Source: an uncultured Gammaproteobacteria bacterium
GTDB lineage: Bacteria; Patescibacteriota; Patescibacteriia; UBA1558; GWA2-36-10
Assembly: GCA_964633905.1 (NCBI GenBank)
Contig: CAZWIT010000001.1
Coordinates: 65,535-129,534, forward strand
Direction of reading: 5' to 3'
Length of the DNA stretch: 64,000 nt
The position numbers and the translations under genes are program-made. The notes beneath the pieces were generated by a model. The model saw only the letters and a program-made list of their open reading frames with translations. It made no database searches and was not told the origin of the DNA. Shown one piece after another: positions 47,492 to 56,062 of this stretch (its first letter is position 1; every line of letters starts with the position of its first letter).

Positions 47492-47548
47492 GGCCTTAGC
47501 CTCCTAGTTGGGGAACAAACTAACTTGACCAGTTTAGTTTTAAACTAA

Positions 47549-47577
47549 ACTATATCATATTATATTTATTTTGTCAA
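47549..47577 (-). promoter_or_regulatory. Promoter P1 (minus strand): TTGACA-17-(TG)-TATAGT
   Basis: Minus-strand TTGACAaaataaatataatatgaTATAGT. Extended -10 TGaTATAGT. Confidence 0.6.
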
Positions 47578-47603
47578 TAGTATAGTTATTACAATAATTT
47601 TTC

Positions 47604-47632
47604 TTGACAAATATTATTTTTTGCCTTATAAT
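47604..47632 (+). promoter_or_regulatory. rplJ operon promoter (TTGACA-17-TATAAT)
   Basis: TTGACAaatattattttttgcctTATAAT, perfect consensus. Confidence 0.7.
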
Positions 47633-47730
47633 ATTGCTACAATTTAGTAAATAGCCGCAGATAGTGGGTTTTTAGCTAATATTAGCTAGATATAAATCCT
47701 GCCGAGGTAAAAATTTCTTAGTTTTTATTG

Positions 47731-47754
47731 TCTGCGCTATGACGCAGATTTTTT
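47731..47754 (+). promoter_or_regulatory. L10-leader-like attenuator hairpin immediately upstream of rplJ
   Basis: TCTGCG-CTATGA-CGCAGA + TTTTTT, ending 16 nt before the rplJ ATG inside a ~140-nt 5' UTR. Confidence 0.5.
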
Positions 47755-47769
47755 AATAACAACAATAAT

Positions 47770-48294
47770 ATGCCCCAGAATAAACAACAAAAAGGCGAGG
47801 TTTTACAAAAAATTCAGGAAAAGATTGCTAAAAGCAAAACTATTTTGTTTTCGGCTGATCAGGGTTTAAATGTAAAAACCGTTGAAGATTTACGTAAAGC
47901 TTTAAAAGCAGAAGGCGCTGAGTATTTGGTAGCTAAAAAAACTTTAATTAAAATGGCCACCAAAGAATTAATGCCTAACGAAGAGTTAGATAAAATTGAT
48001 GGTTCAGTTGGTATGACTTTGTCTTATGAAGATGAAGTTAGTGGTGCTAAAATTTTACACAAGTTTGCCAAAGCTAACGAAAAATTAAATATTAGCGGTG
48101 GTATTTTAGAAAACAAGTACATTGATACCAGTGTGGTTCAACGTTTAGCTAGCTTGCCTTCCAAGCATGAACTACTTGCTAAATTAGTTGGTACTATTCA
48201 AGCTCCAGTTTCAGGTTTGGTAAATGTCTTAAGTGGCAATTTACGTAACTTGGTAGGAGTTTTGGGAGCTATTAAAGATAAAAAAGCAAATTAA
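47770..48294 (+). CDS. rplJ: 50S ribosomal protein L10
   Basis: MPQNKQQKGEVLQKIQEKIAKSKTILFSADQGLNVKTVEDLRKAL…. Confidence 0.9.
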   Translation: MPQNKQQKGEVLQKIQEKIAKSKTILFSADQGLNVKTVEDLRKALKAEGAEYLVAKKTLIKMATKELMPNEELDKIDGSVGMTLSYEDEVSGAKILHKFAKANEKLNISGGILENKYIDTSVVQRLASLPSKHELLAKLVGTIQAPVSGLVNVLSGNLRNLVGVLGAIKDKKAN

Positions 48295-48330
48295 TTAAAT
48301 ATTTTAATCAATAATTAAAAAATTAATATT

Positions 48331-48732
48331 ATGTCAGAAGAAAAGAAAGAAATAACAGTGCCAGCTAAATTTAAAGGCATTGTTGAAGAGATTGAAAAAA
48401 TGTCAGTTTTGGATTTATCTGAACTAGTTTCTATTCTAGAAGATAAATTTGGTGTTTCAGCTGCTGCCCCAATGATGATGGGTGCTATGGCTGCTGCTCC
48501 AGCCGCTGCTGCTGAAGAAAAAACTTCTTTTAGCGTTGAGTTAACAAACGCTGGTAGCAACAAAATTGGCGTTATCAAAGTAGTACGTGAACTTACTCAA
48601 TTAGGCTTAAAAGAAGCCAAAGATCTAGTTGATGCTGCTCCTAAGATGGTTAAAGAAGGTGTCTCTAAAGAAGATGCTGAAAAAATCAAAGCCCAATTAG
48701 TAGAAGCTGGTGCTACTGTCAATTTAAAATAA
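48331..48732 (+). CDS. rplL: 50S ribosomal protein L7/L12
   Basis: Ala-rich hinge [11 protein letters not shown] and C-terminal [25 protein letters not shown]…EAGATVNLK. Confidence 0.95.
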   Translation: MSEEKKEITVPAKFKGIVEEIEKMSVLDLSELVSILEDKFGVSAAAPMMMGAMAAAPAAAAEEKTSFSVELTNAGSNKIGVIKVVRELTQLGLKEAKDLVDAAPKMVKEGVSKEDAEKIKAQLVEAGATVNLK

Positions 48733-48745
48733 ATTTTTCTATTCA

Positions 48746-48860
48746 AAAACTGACCCATCTACGTCATTCCCGCGAAAGCGGGAATCCCATTGTTCTGGCA
48801 TATAGTCAAATTAATGGTAGATCCCGCATCAAGTGCGGGATGACACAAGGGTCAGTTTTT
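48746..48860. repeat. Structured hairpin repeat element, copy 1 (nested inverted repeats)
   Basis: Outer IR AAAAACTGACCC…GGGTCAGTTTTT. Inner hairpins GTCATTCCCGC-GAAA-GCGGGAAT and ATCCCGCA-TCAAG-TGCGGGATGAC (48821-48844). Sits between convergent rplL and the 694-aa gene. Confidence 0.65.
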
Positions 48861-48872
48861 ATTTGTTTAAAT

Positions 48873-50957
48873 TTATTGATTAACGGCTAGTAAATAGAGA
48901 TGTTGACCATTGAGTAAATAAATTGCTTGTTCGTTAGGGTCAATGGTTAGATCAAGTAATTGATCAAATTTTAGGGAAGTATATTGGTCTTTAATATTAC
49001 CGTCTTTATTTAAAATAACTACGCGTTGGTTACTGGGATCAATAATATAGAGATATTTAGAATCACGGAAAGTTTGGATAGTAGCCTGAGCGCCAATTTT
49101 TGGATTGGGTGTTTGGTAGTTAAATTCTTCTGTTTTTCCTTTGGTAAATTTTTTGATCTGACCTTGGTTATCAATAGTATAAATACTGCCATCAACTGTA
49201 AAACTAGAAACATCTTGTAGATTTACCGTTTCTTTTAACCAAGCTTGACCATTGCTAAAGCTATTTGCATTTTCTGGGTATTTAAAAAATTGATTGCCTT
49301 TAGCGTCTAAAACATAGAGATTGTTGCTATAGATGTTTAAATCTTGGACGCTAGTATTGCCGGAAGATTGGGATAAGGGGAAGTTAGCTTGTTTATTTTC
49401 GGTAATATCATAAATAAAAAATTGTTCACTATTACCAACTACTAGGCGTTGACTTTGGGGCCAGTCCGCTAAAAATTTGCCTTGATTAAAGTCAGAAACA
49501 GCGTTTAAGTTTCGGTCTTTTAGTAAATAAATTTTTTGACTATCCAAGATATAAAAATTGCCATCTTTTTGAACAATTTGTTGGGGGTTTACTAAAGTAC
49601 TTAAACTACTTAATTCTAATGGCTCGGGAACATCGTGAATGCGTCGCACTTCATTTAATTGTTTGCGAGTCTTTTCTTTAAAGGTAGCAATTTCTTCTTC
49701 TTGTTGTTTGCTAGTGAGTTTTAAGTTTTCTAAGGTTGTTTGGATTTCTAGTAGGATGGTTTCAGCGGCTATTTGGTCATTGTAAATCAGTTTACTATCA
49801 GCTTCAGCAAATTTACCATCAATTGAACTTATTAATTCTTGATAAACTTTATCTTTTTGACTAACTGATTTTTTTTGAGTTAAAAAAACTAAACTTTGAA
49901 TAAATATTAAGACTGTAGCCAGTAAACCGACTAAAGCAATTTTTTGGGCAGACTTTAATCTTTGCCACCAATTATATTTTTTATCAAAGGTATTTTTTAC
50001 TTCTGATAATACTTGCTCTTCCTTTTGTTTGCGCCAGTGTGGTGAAAAAATAAACAAAATACTATTTTTTATTTGGCGGTATAAAAATCTTAATACTTTA
50101 TAGACACTGATAAAAAATAAAGCTATTAAGGCAAAAAATCTTTTTATTTTTTGTAAAGGATTATTATTGTGTTTATGCTCAAAGTCTAAGCTAGCTTGGT
50201 GATGACTAGGTGTTTTAGGTCGATGATAACTAATAAGATCTGACTTTTTCTTTATTTCATCATTTGCTTCAATAGTAGTATTTGCTGAGGCTACTTGATC
50301 ATAATCTCCAGGACCACTATTTTTTATTACCACAGCGTTAAAGCTAACAAAATCAGGCACAGTAGCCAGGAGTGAATTAAGTTTGATTACTGTAGCTTGT
50401 GGGGTATAGCGTTTGGCTATTTGTCTAATTTTTTCTTGGGCAATATAGTCAAGGAGTGAGTTGGTAGAAATAATAAAAACATCGCCTTCTTCAAGTAAAC
50501 CGCTGTGAATGTCAGTAAAAGCTTTGCTGGGGCTAAAGTTTTGTTTTTTATGTAAAACAGCTTCTAGGCGGTGGCGTGATAGAGCAAGTCCGTTGATCTG
50601 ACCAATGTTTGATAAATGAATAGCTTCATTATTAAAAATGCCAATAGCCATATCTAAACCATATAACCAGTTGCGAATTTTGCTAGCGGCGCTTAATTCT
50701 GGTAATAGGCTGTTTATTTTTTGCAAGATATCTTCTAAAACAATCTCTGGATTAGAATTTTTGCTAGAACTAAGGATATTACTAGCTTCGCTGATAATTT
50801 GTTCTAAAAGTGCTTGCTGGTCTATTTTATTTTTTTGGACTTCTAGTACGATAAAAAGACGACCACAGGCCGCAGCATCGCTAATATAGTTGACAGATAA
50901 TTCACGAGCACTAAAGGCGTCGTGGCGGAATAATCTGTGATATCTTAAGTCCGGCAT
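48873..50957 (-). CDS. Large membrane protein: degenerate PPM/SpoIIE-like N-domain, 2 TM, coiled coil, C-terminal beta-propeller-like repeats
   Basis: …EEGDVFIISTNSLLDYI… (PP2C-like GDxxxxxSDGL pattern). TM helices FFALIALFFISVY / IALVGLLATVLIF. Repeated [FY]x[IL]D…N units in the last 250 aa. Confidence 0.5.
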   Translation of the reverse strand: MPDLRYHRLFRHDAFSARELSVNYISDAAACGRLFIVLEVQKNKIDQQALLEQIISEASNILSSSKNSNPEIVLEDILQKINSLLPELSAASKIRNWLYGLDMAIGIFNNEAIHLSNIGQINGLALSRHRLEAVLHKKQNFSPSKAFTDIHSGLLEEGDVFIISTNSLLDYIAQEKIRQIAKRYTPQATVIKLNSLLATVPDFVSFNAVVIKNSGPGDYDQVASANTTIEANDEIKKKSDLISYHRPKTPSHHQASLDFEHKHNNNPLQKIKRFFALIALFFISVYKVLRFLYRQIKNSILFIFSPHWRKQKEEQVLSEVKNTFDKKYNWWQRLKSAQKIALVGLLATVLIFIQSLVFLTQKKSVSQKDKVYQELISSIDGKFAEADSKLIYNDQIAAETILLEIQTTLENLKLTSKQQEEEIATFKEKTRKQLNEVRRIHDVPEPLELSSLSTLVNPQQIVQKDGNFYILDSQKIYLLKDRNLNAVSDFNQGKFLADWPQSQRLVVGNSEQFFIYDITENKQANFPLSQSSGNTSVQDLNIYSNNLYVLDAKGNQFFKYPENANSFSNGQAWLKETVNLQDVSSFTVDGSIYTIDNQGQIKKFTKGKTEEFNYQTPNPKIGAQATIQTFRDSKYLYIIDPSNQRVVILNKDGNIKDQYTSLKFDQLLDLTIDPNEQAIYLLNGQHLYLLAVNQ

Positions 50958-51128
50958 TTTACATTTGTTACGAATAATATTATACTATATTCAGCCGTTT
51001 TAGTAAATCACGTTTAAAAATTCACCTTTGAAATTTTGACCACAATTAGTAGTGGTAAGTAATAAATAATAGCTTATTTATTATTAAAAGATTTTATAGT
51101 AATTTTTTTACGTGATAAATATTTTTTT

Positions 51129-51749
51129 ATGCTTGAACAAATTTTTGGTTCAACAGCCAGAACAGAAATTTTAAAATTTTTTTGTGTGCATGCCCAGGAT
51201 AAAGTTTTTATGCGAGAGCTAGCACGGCTTTTAAATTTACAACTAAATTCCATTAGAAGAGAGTTGGATAATCTAGAAAATTTTGGTTTTTTGCATTCAG
51301 CAGAGGAAGGTGGCAAGAAATTTTATTATACTAATCAAGATTTCCCCTTATTTTTGGAAATAAAAAATTTAGTGCTTAAGGCTATTACTTTGGATGATAT
51401 GTATTTAGCTGATAAGATGTCTAAAATTTCTGGTTTAAAGCTTTTGGTTTTTACTGGTATGTTGACCAAGGCTCCGACTTTGACTGATGTTTTGATTGTT
51501 GGTAAAGTGAAAAAACAAGATTTTGAAAAGTATTTAAAGAAAATTTCGGAAGGCTTAGCTCATGATTTAAGATTTACTTATCTTAGCACCGAGGACTATC
51601 TTTATCGTTTGGCGGTAGTAGATAAATTTTTGTATGATATTTGGGCACATAATAAGATAGTGGTAGTTGATAAGCTTTCCAAAGAACCAAAACTAAGCAC
51701 TATTTCCGATTATAATTTTAAGCATTTTAAGGAGAATGAACAAAAATGA
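51129..51749 (+). CDS. Winged-helix transcriptional regulator
   Basis: N-terminal HTH ARTEILKFFCVHAQDKVFMRELARLLNLQLNSIRRELDNLENFGFL. Confidence 0.55.
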   Translation: MLEQIFGSTARTEILKFFCVHAQDKVFMRELARLLNLQLNSIRRELDNLENFGFLHSAEEGGKKFYYTNQDFPLFLEIKNLVLKAITLDDMYLADKMSKISGLKLLVFTGMLTKAPTLTDVLIVGKVKKQDFEKYLKKISEGLAHDLRFTYLSTEDYLYRLAVVDKFLYDIWAHNKIVVVDKLSKEPKLSTISDYNFKHFKENEQK

Positions 51750-52174
51750 TTTTAGTTTTAAATATCAAAGTTAAAGAACAGGCGCTTTGGCAGCTTTATC
51801 AAGATGATAAGTTGATAGCCAGTCAATTAGTTGCTAAATTTGAGCAGAATGATAGTTTTTTAGCTTCTTTAGACAAGCTTTTTGAAAAAACTGGCAAAAA
51901 TTTAAAATTAGTTAAATCTTTTATTTTATTAGTAAAAGAAGCTAGTCTAACACAGCTAAAATTAGCGACGGCTATTATCAATGCCTTGGCTTGGCTAGAG
52001 GCAAAACCAATAGCAGGTGAGTTTTTTTATCATTTAACTGAAGCTGAAGTTTTAAGTCAGCAGTTTGTTAAAATATCAAAGATAAAAGAGTTTACACCTT
52101 TAAAAGTTGAGTATTTACGGCCAGTTGATATTACCATTAGTAAAAAAGTTAATAAATTTAAGTTAACTAATTGA
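51746..52174 (+). CDS. Hypothetical protein (142 aa), 4-nt overlap with upstream regulator
   Basis: ATGA overlap. No recognisable motif. Confidence 0.4.
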   Translation: MILVLNIKVKEQALWQLYQDDKLIASQLVAKFEQNDSFLASLDKLFEKTGKNLKLVKSFILLVKEASLTQLKLATAIINALAWLEAKPIAGEFFYHLTEAEVLSQQFVKISKIKEFTPLKVEYLRPVDITISKKVNKFKLTN

Positions 52175-52377
52175 TCCGGGTATAAATTGGTAATAAGAAT
52201 ATATAAAAACAGTCATTATTGTCTGTTTTTTTATTTAAAATGGTTTACTAGACTGCTTGCGCCGTAAGGAGCTTAGTGGCTATATGGTGTGGATAAGTTA
52301 TTTTTTTTGATTTGGCAAAAAAGTTAAAAAATTGTTTAACATAAGCATTATTGTGGATAAGTAAAGCCTTTATTTTA

Positions 52378-52407
52378 TTGACATTTGCTTAGTCAGTGGG
52401 GTATAAT
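52378..52407 (+). promoter_or_regulatory. mraZ/dcw promoter TTGACA-17-TATAAT
   Basis: TTGACAtttgcttagtcagtgggGTATAAT. Confidence 0.65.
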
Positions 52408-52423
52408 GTATTAAGAAAGTAGA

Positions 52424-52440
52424 AAAGTGGTAAAAAGTGG
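52424..52440 (+). promoter_or_regulatory. MraZ-type operator repeats (AAAGTGG ×2, 10-bp periodicity) in the mraZ 5' UTR
   Basis: AAAGTGGtaaAAAGTGG between -10 and the start codon. This matches the Firmicutes/Mollicutes MraZ box AAAGTG[TG] with 3-nt spacers. Confidence 0.5.
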
Positions 52441-52472
52441 GGAATAACTAGTTTGAGCTGTGGATAAGTTTT

Positions 52473-52904
52473 ATGTTTATTGGCGAATACAAATACAACT
52501 TAGATGAAAAAAATCGCTTGGCTATACCTAGTAAGTTTCGCCAGCAATTTTCTGATGGCTTAGTTATTACCAAAGGTTTGGATAACTGTTTGTTTATTTA
52601 CACTGCTAAAGAATGGCAAAAATTAGTTGATAAATTAACCAATTTGCCGATCAGCCAAGCTAAATCCAGAGCTTTTTCTCGTATGATGTTAGCTGGTGCT
52701 ATGGATGTAATGCTTGATAAACAAGGTAGAGTAGTCTTGCCGGATTATTTAAAGGAGTTTGCTTCTTTAAATAAACAAATAGTTATAGCTGGTCTTTATA
52801 ATCGTTTAGAAGTTTGGGATGATAAATTATGGGCTAGGTATCAAAGAGTGGCTGATAAAGACAGTAATAATATAGCTGAGAGCTTGATTGATTTGGGTAT
52901 TTAG
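52473..52904 (+). CDS. mraZ: Transcriptional regulator MraZ
   Basis: MFIGEYKYNLDEKNRLAIPSKFR… with two SpoVT/AbrB-like halves (DKQGRVVLP). Confidence 0.9.
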   Translation: MFIGEYKYNLDEKNRLAIPSKFRQQFSDGLVITKGLDNCLFIYTAKEWQKLVDKLTNLPISQAKSRAFSRMMLAGAMDVMLDKQGRVVLPDYLKEFASLNKQIVIAGLYNRLEVWDDKLWARYQRVADKDSNNIAESLIDLGI

Positions 52905-52905
52905 T

Positions 52906-53874
52906 ATGCCGCCATTTAAACACCAGAGTGTTTTAAGTAAGGAGTTGATAGCTTATTTAAAACCACTTAGTAATCAGAATTTTATTGATGGTACCTTGGG
53001 TGGTGGCGGGCATAGTAAAGCAATTTTGCAAAAGACTGGGCCCAGTGGCAAAGTTTTAGCTTTTGAACTTGATGTAAGGGCATTGACGGCAGCTAAGCAG
53101 TATTTGAGTGAATATAAAAATCGTTTAATAGTTGTTCACGATAGTTACGCTCATTTAAAAAAGAATTATCAGGAACATAAAAATTTTGGTGCCGTTTCCG
53201 GCATTATTGTAGATTTAGGTTTATCCTCTGATCAATTGGATCAAGCGCAGCGTGGTTTTTCTTTTAAAGATCAAGGCAAGCTTGATATGCGTTTTGATGC
53301 TACTCAAGATAGTTTGACTGCTAGCGATATTATTCTGAACTGGTCGGAAGCAAATTTATTTAAAATATTCAAGGAGTATGGCGAAGAATTGCAGGCTAAG
53401 CGCCTGGCTAAAGGTTTAGTCCTTTGGCGAGAAGCTATATCAAAACAAAAACAAAAGTATATAGAGACTCCCATGCTTGTCTCCGCCATACTTCGAATAT
53501 TAAATATAAAAGAAAGTGATTTAAAAAAATTCCGTCGCCATCCCGCTACTAAAGTTTTTCAGGCTTTGCGGATAGCGGTTAATCAAGAATTAACAAATTT
53601 ACAAGCTTTTTTGCCACAAGCAGTTGAAATCTTGGCCCCAGGCGGACAGCTGGCTGTAATCAGTTTTCACTCCCTTGAGGATAGGATAGTGAAACAATTT
53701 TTTCAGAAATCAGCTCGTCCTTGCATCTGTCCGCCTGCTTCACCTCAATGTGTTTGCGGCTTAAAACCCAGTTTAAAAATAATTAGCAAAAAGGCAGTCA
53801 AGCCCAGTGAAGAGGAGATTTCCTTAAATCCTCGTAGTCGTAGTGCAATCTTAAGGCTTGCACAGAAAATATAA
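52906..53874 (+). CDS. rsmH: 16S rRNA (cytosine1402-N4)-methyltransferase RsmH
   Basis: HQSVLSKE…DGTLGGGGHS SAM motif. The likely start is ATG 52906 (MPPFKHQ); the track start is 52888. Confidence 0.9.
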   Translation: MPPFKHQSVLSKELIAYLKPLSNQNFIDGTLGGGGHSKAILQKTGPSGKVLAFELDVRALTAAKQYLSEYKNRLIVVHDSYAHLKKNYQEHKNFGAVSGIIVDLGLSSDQLDQAQRGFSFKDQGKLDMRFDATQDSLTASDIILNWSEANLFKIFKEYGEELQAKRLAKGLVLWREAISKQKQKYIETPMLVSAILRILNIKESDLKKFRRHPATKVFQALRIAVNQELTNLQAFLPQAVEILAPGGQLAVISFHSLEDRIVKQFFQKSARPCICPPASPQCVCGLKPSLKIISKKAVKPSEEEISLNPRSRSAILRLAQKI

Positions 53875-53897
53875 AAATAAAAACAAAAATAAAAAAT

Positions 53898-54218
53898 ATG
53901 TTAAAATCACAAACTTTATCAAAAATGTTGACAATTTTAAAAAAACGTAATGGTTTATGGTTGGCAATGATAGTCTTGTTGTGGATGTTTGGCTTAGTAG
54001 CTTCTAATCTTTCTACTAGTCAAAATTTAGAGCGTAATGAGTTAAGCAAGAATATTAGAAAATTAGAAGACGAGCAACGTATTTTGGATGCGGCCGTTAG
54101 TCAATTACAGGCTTTAGACCGTATTGAAAATGCCAGTCAGCGTTTAAATTTAGTGAAAGTTGATAATAAAAATGTAGCATATTTGACAGTGTCTGATGAT
54201 AAAGTGGCTTTAAAATAA
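53898..54218 (+). CDS. ftsL: Cell division protein FtsL-like
   Basis: Small bitopic protein with a coiled-coil between rsmH and ftsI. Assigned by position and topology. Confidence 0.55.
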   Translation: MLKSQTLSKMLTILKKRNGLWLAMIVLLWMFGLVASNLSTSQNLERNELSKNIRKLEDEQRILDAAVSQLQALDRIENASQRLNLVKVDNKNVAYLTVSDDKVALK

Positions 54219-54242
54219 ACTAAAAATTAGTTTTGGTAATCT

Positions 54243-56051
54243 ATGAATTGGGGACGCAACAGCTTTAATCAAACTATTATTACCAGAACTAATATTTTAC
54301 AGAGTATTATTTTTTTATTTATACTAGCGGTCATTGGCCGCTTGTTTTATTTGCAAATTATTAAAAATAAATATTATTTTGACTTAGGTTTATCACAACG
54401 TGGTGTTGAACAAGAAGTAAAACCTGAGAGAGGGAGAATATTAGCTTTAAGTTCTGAAACAGAAGCAGAACAGTTTTATCCTTTGGCAGTCAATAAAGTT
54501 TATTATGAGGTCATTTTAAATCCTAGTAAAATTACTCGACCTCAGAATATGGCGGATATTTTAGCTGAGACTTTAGAAATGGATAAAAATCTTGTTTTAG
54601 AAAAGGTGAAATTAGTTGATAAACGTTATGAATTGCTTGCTAAAAATATCAGTGAAGATAAAATTATCACTATTAAATCAAAACTAGAAGAGATTTTAAC
54701 TGATGTTAATCAGGGTAAATCAAGTAAAGATAAATTAAGGACAATTGAAGAATTAGGCATTAGTTTTAATAAAAGTGTTTTGCGTTATTATCCCGACAAG
54801 GAAGTAGGTGCTCATATTTTGGGTTTTTTAGGTTTTGCTGAAGATGGAGTAAGTCGCGTTGGTAAATATGGTTTAGAAGCCTATTTTGAAAAAGATTTAT
54901 CAGGCCAAACTGGTTGGGTTTTAGGTGAAAAAGATGTAGCTGGAGTACTACTTGCTGATAGCCAAGCCGAAGCAGCGGTTAATGGGGCTGATTTAGTTTT
55001 GACCATTGATCACACTGTTCAATACAAAGCTTGTAAGATGTTAGAAAAATCAGTAATAAAACACAGTGCTGATAGGGGTTCTTTGATTATTTTAGATAGT
55101 AGCACAGGAGCTATTCGGGCTATGTGTAATTATCCTAGTTTTGATCCTAATGAATACAATAAGGTAAGTGATGCTAATGTTTATAATAACTTAGCTGTTT
55201 ATCAAGCCTATGAGCCTGGTTCAGTTATGAAAGCTCTTGCTATGGCTATTGCTATTGACCAGGGTAAGGTCAATCCAACTACCATGTATGAAGACAAGGG
55301 TGAAATTAAATTCGCTAGCGGTCAAGTTATTCGTAATGCTGGTAATAAGACCTATGGTTTTGTTGATATGAAAAAAGTCTTAGCTTATTCTATTAACACT
55401 GGTATTGTTCGTGCTACTTCAGATGTGCCTAACAAAGTATTTCATGATTATATGAAAAATTTTGGTTTTGGCGAAGCAACTAATATTTATTTAAGTCAGG
55501 AAGTCAAAGGCGATATAGATGAATTAGAAAAAAAAGGTGATATTTATAAAGCTACTGCTTCTTATGGTCATGGTATTACAGTTACGCCTTTGCAAATGGT
55601 TAATGCTTTTAATGTTATTGCTAATCGTGGTAATCTGATGCAGCCTTATATTATTAACTCAGTTCGCTATAATGATAAAGTAATTGCTCAATATGAGCCT
55701 AAAATTTTACGTCGAGAAGTAATTTCTACGCAAACAGCCTCAACTCTATCTGCAATGTTGGTACACGTAGTAGATAGCGAACACGCTGTTGGCGCTCGCG
55801 TGCCAGGATATTTTGTTGCTGGTAAATCAGGCACAGCTCAAGTTGCTAGTATTGGAGCTAAAAAATATGATAGCAGTGTTACTATTCATAGTTTTATTGG
55901 TTTTGCTCCTAATGAAAATCCTAAATTCACCATGTTAGTAAAATTAGATAACCCTAAGACTGCTCAATACTCTGAAGCCACGGCTATTCCTTTATTTGGC
56001 GAAATTGCTAAATTTCTGTTAGAATACTATCGCATTCCACCCAGTCGTTAA
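54243..56051 (+). CDS. ftsI: Penicillin-binding protein (FtsI/PBP2-type transpeptidase)
   Basis: N-terminal TM, dimerisation domain, transpeptidase motifs (SVMK…, SIN, KSGT). Confidence 0.85.
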   Translation: MNWGRNSFNQTIITRTNILQSIIFLFILAVIGRLFYLQIIKNKYYFDLGLSQRGVEQEVKPERGRILALSSETEAEQFYPLAVNKVYYEVILNPSKITRPQNMADILAETLEMDKNLVLEKVKLVDKRYELLAKNISEDKIITIKSKLEEILTDVNQGKSSKDKLRTIEELGISFNKSVLRYYPDKEVGAHILGFLGFAEDGVSRVGKYGLEAYFEKDLSGQTGWVLGEKDVAGVLLADSQAEAAVNGADLVLTIDHTVQYKACKMLEKSVIKHSADRGSLIILDSSTGAIRAMCNYPSFDPNEYNKVSDANVYNNLAVYQAYEPGSVMKALAMAIAIDQGKVNPTTMYEDKGEIKFASGQVIRNAGNKTYGFVDMKKVLAYSINTGIVRATSDVPNKVFHDYMKNFGFGEATNIYLSQEVKGDIDELEKKGDIYKATASYGHGITVTPLQMVNAFNVIANRGNLMQPYIINSVRYNDKVIAQYEPKILRREVISTQTASTLSAMLVHVVDSEHAVGARVPGYFVAGKSGTAQVASIGAKKYDSSVTIHSFIGFAPNENPKFTMLVKLDNPKTAQYSEATAIPLFGEIAKFLLEYYRIPPSR

Positions 56052-56062
56052 ATATTAGTAAA

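Larger units (their letters stand above)
52288..52467 (+). promoter_or_regulatory. Three perfect DnaA boxes (TTATCCACA, same orientation) flanking the mraZ promoter
   Basis: TGTGGATAA at 52288-52296, 52352-52360 and 52459-52467 (the complement is TTATCCACA). Confidence 0.6.

Noticed and set aside
47213-47548. 111-aa plus-strand ORF opposite cassette gene A
   Set aside because: It is a shadow ORF in a GC-rich segment. The minus-strand frame has the SD, promoter and terminator, so that frame is taken as the gene.
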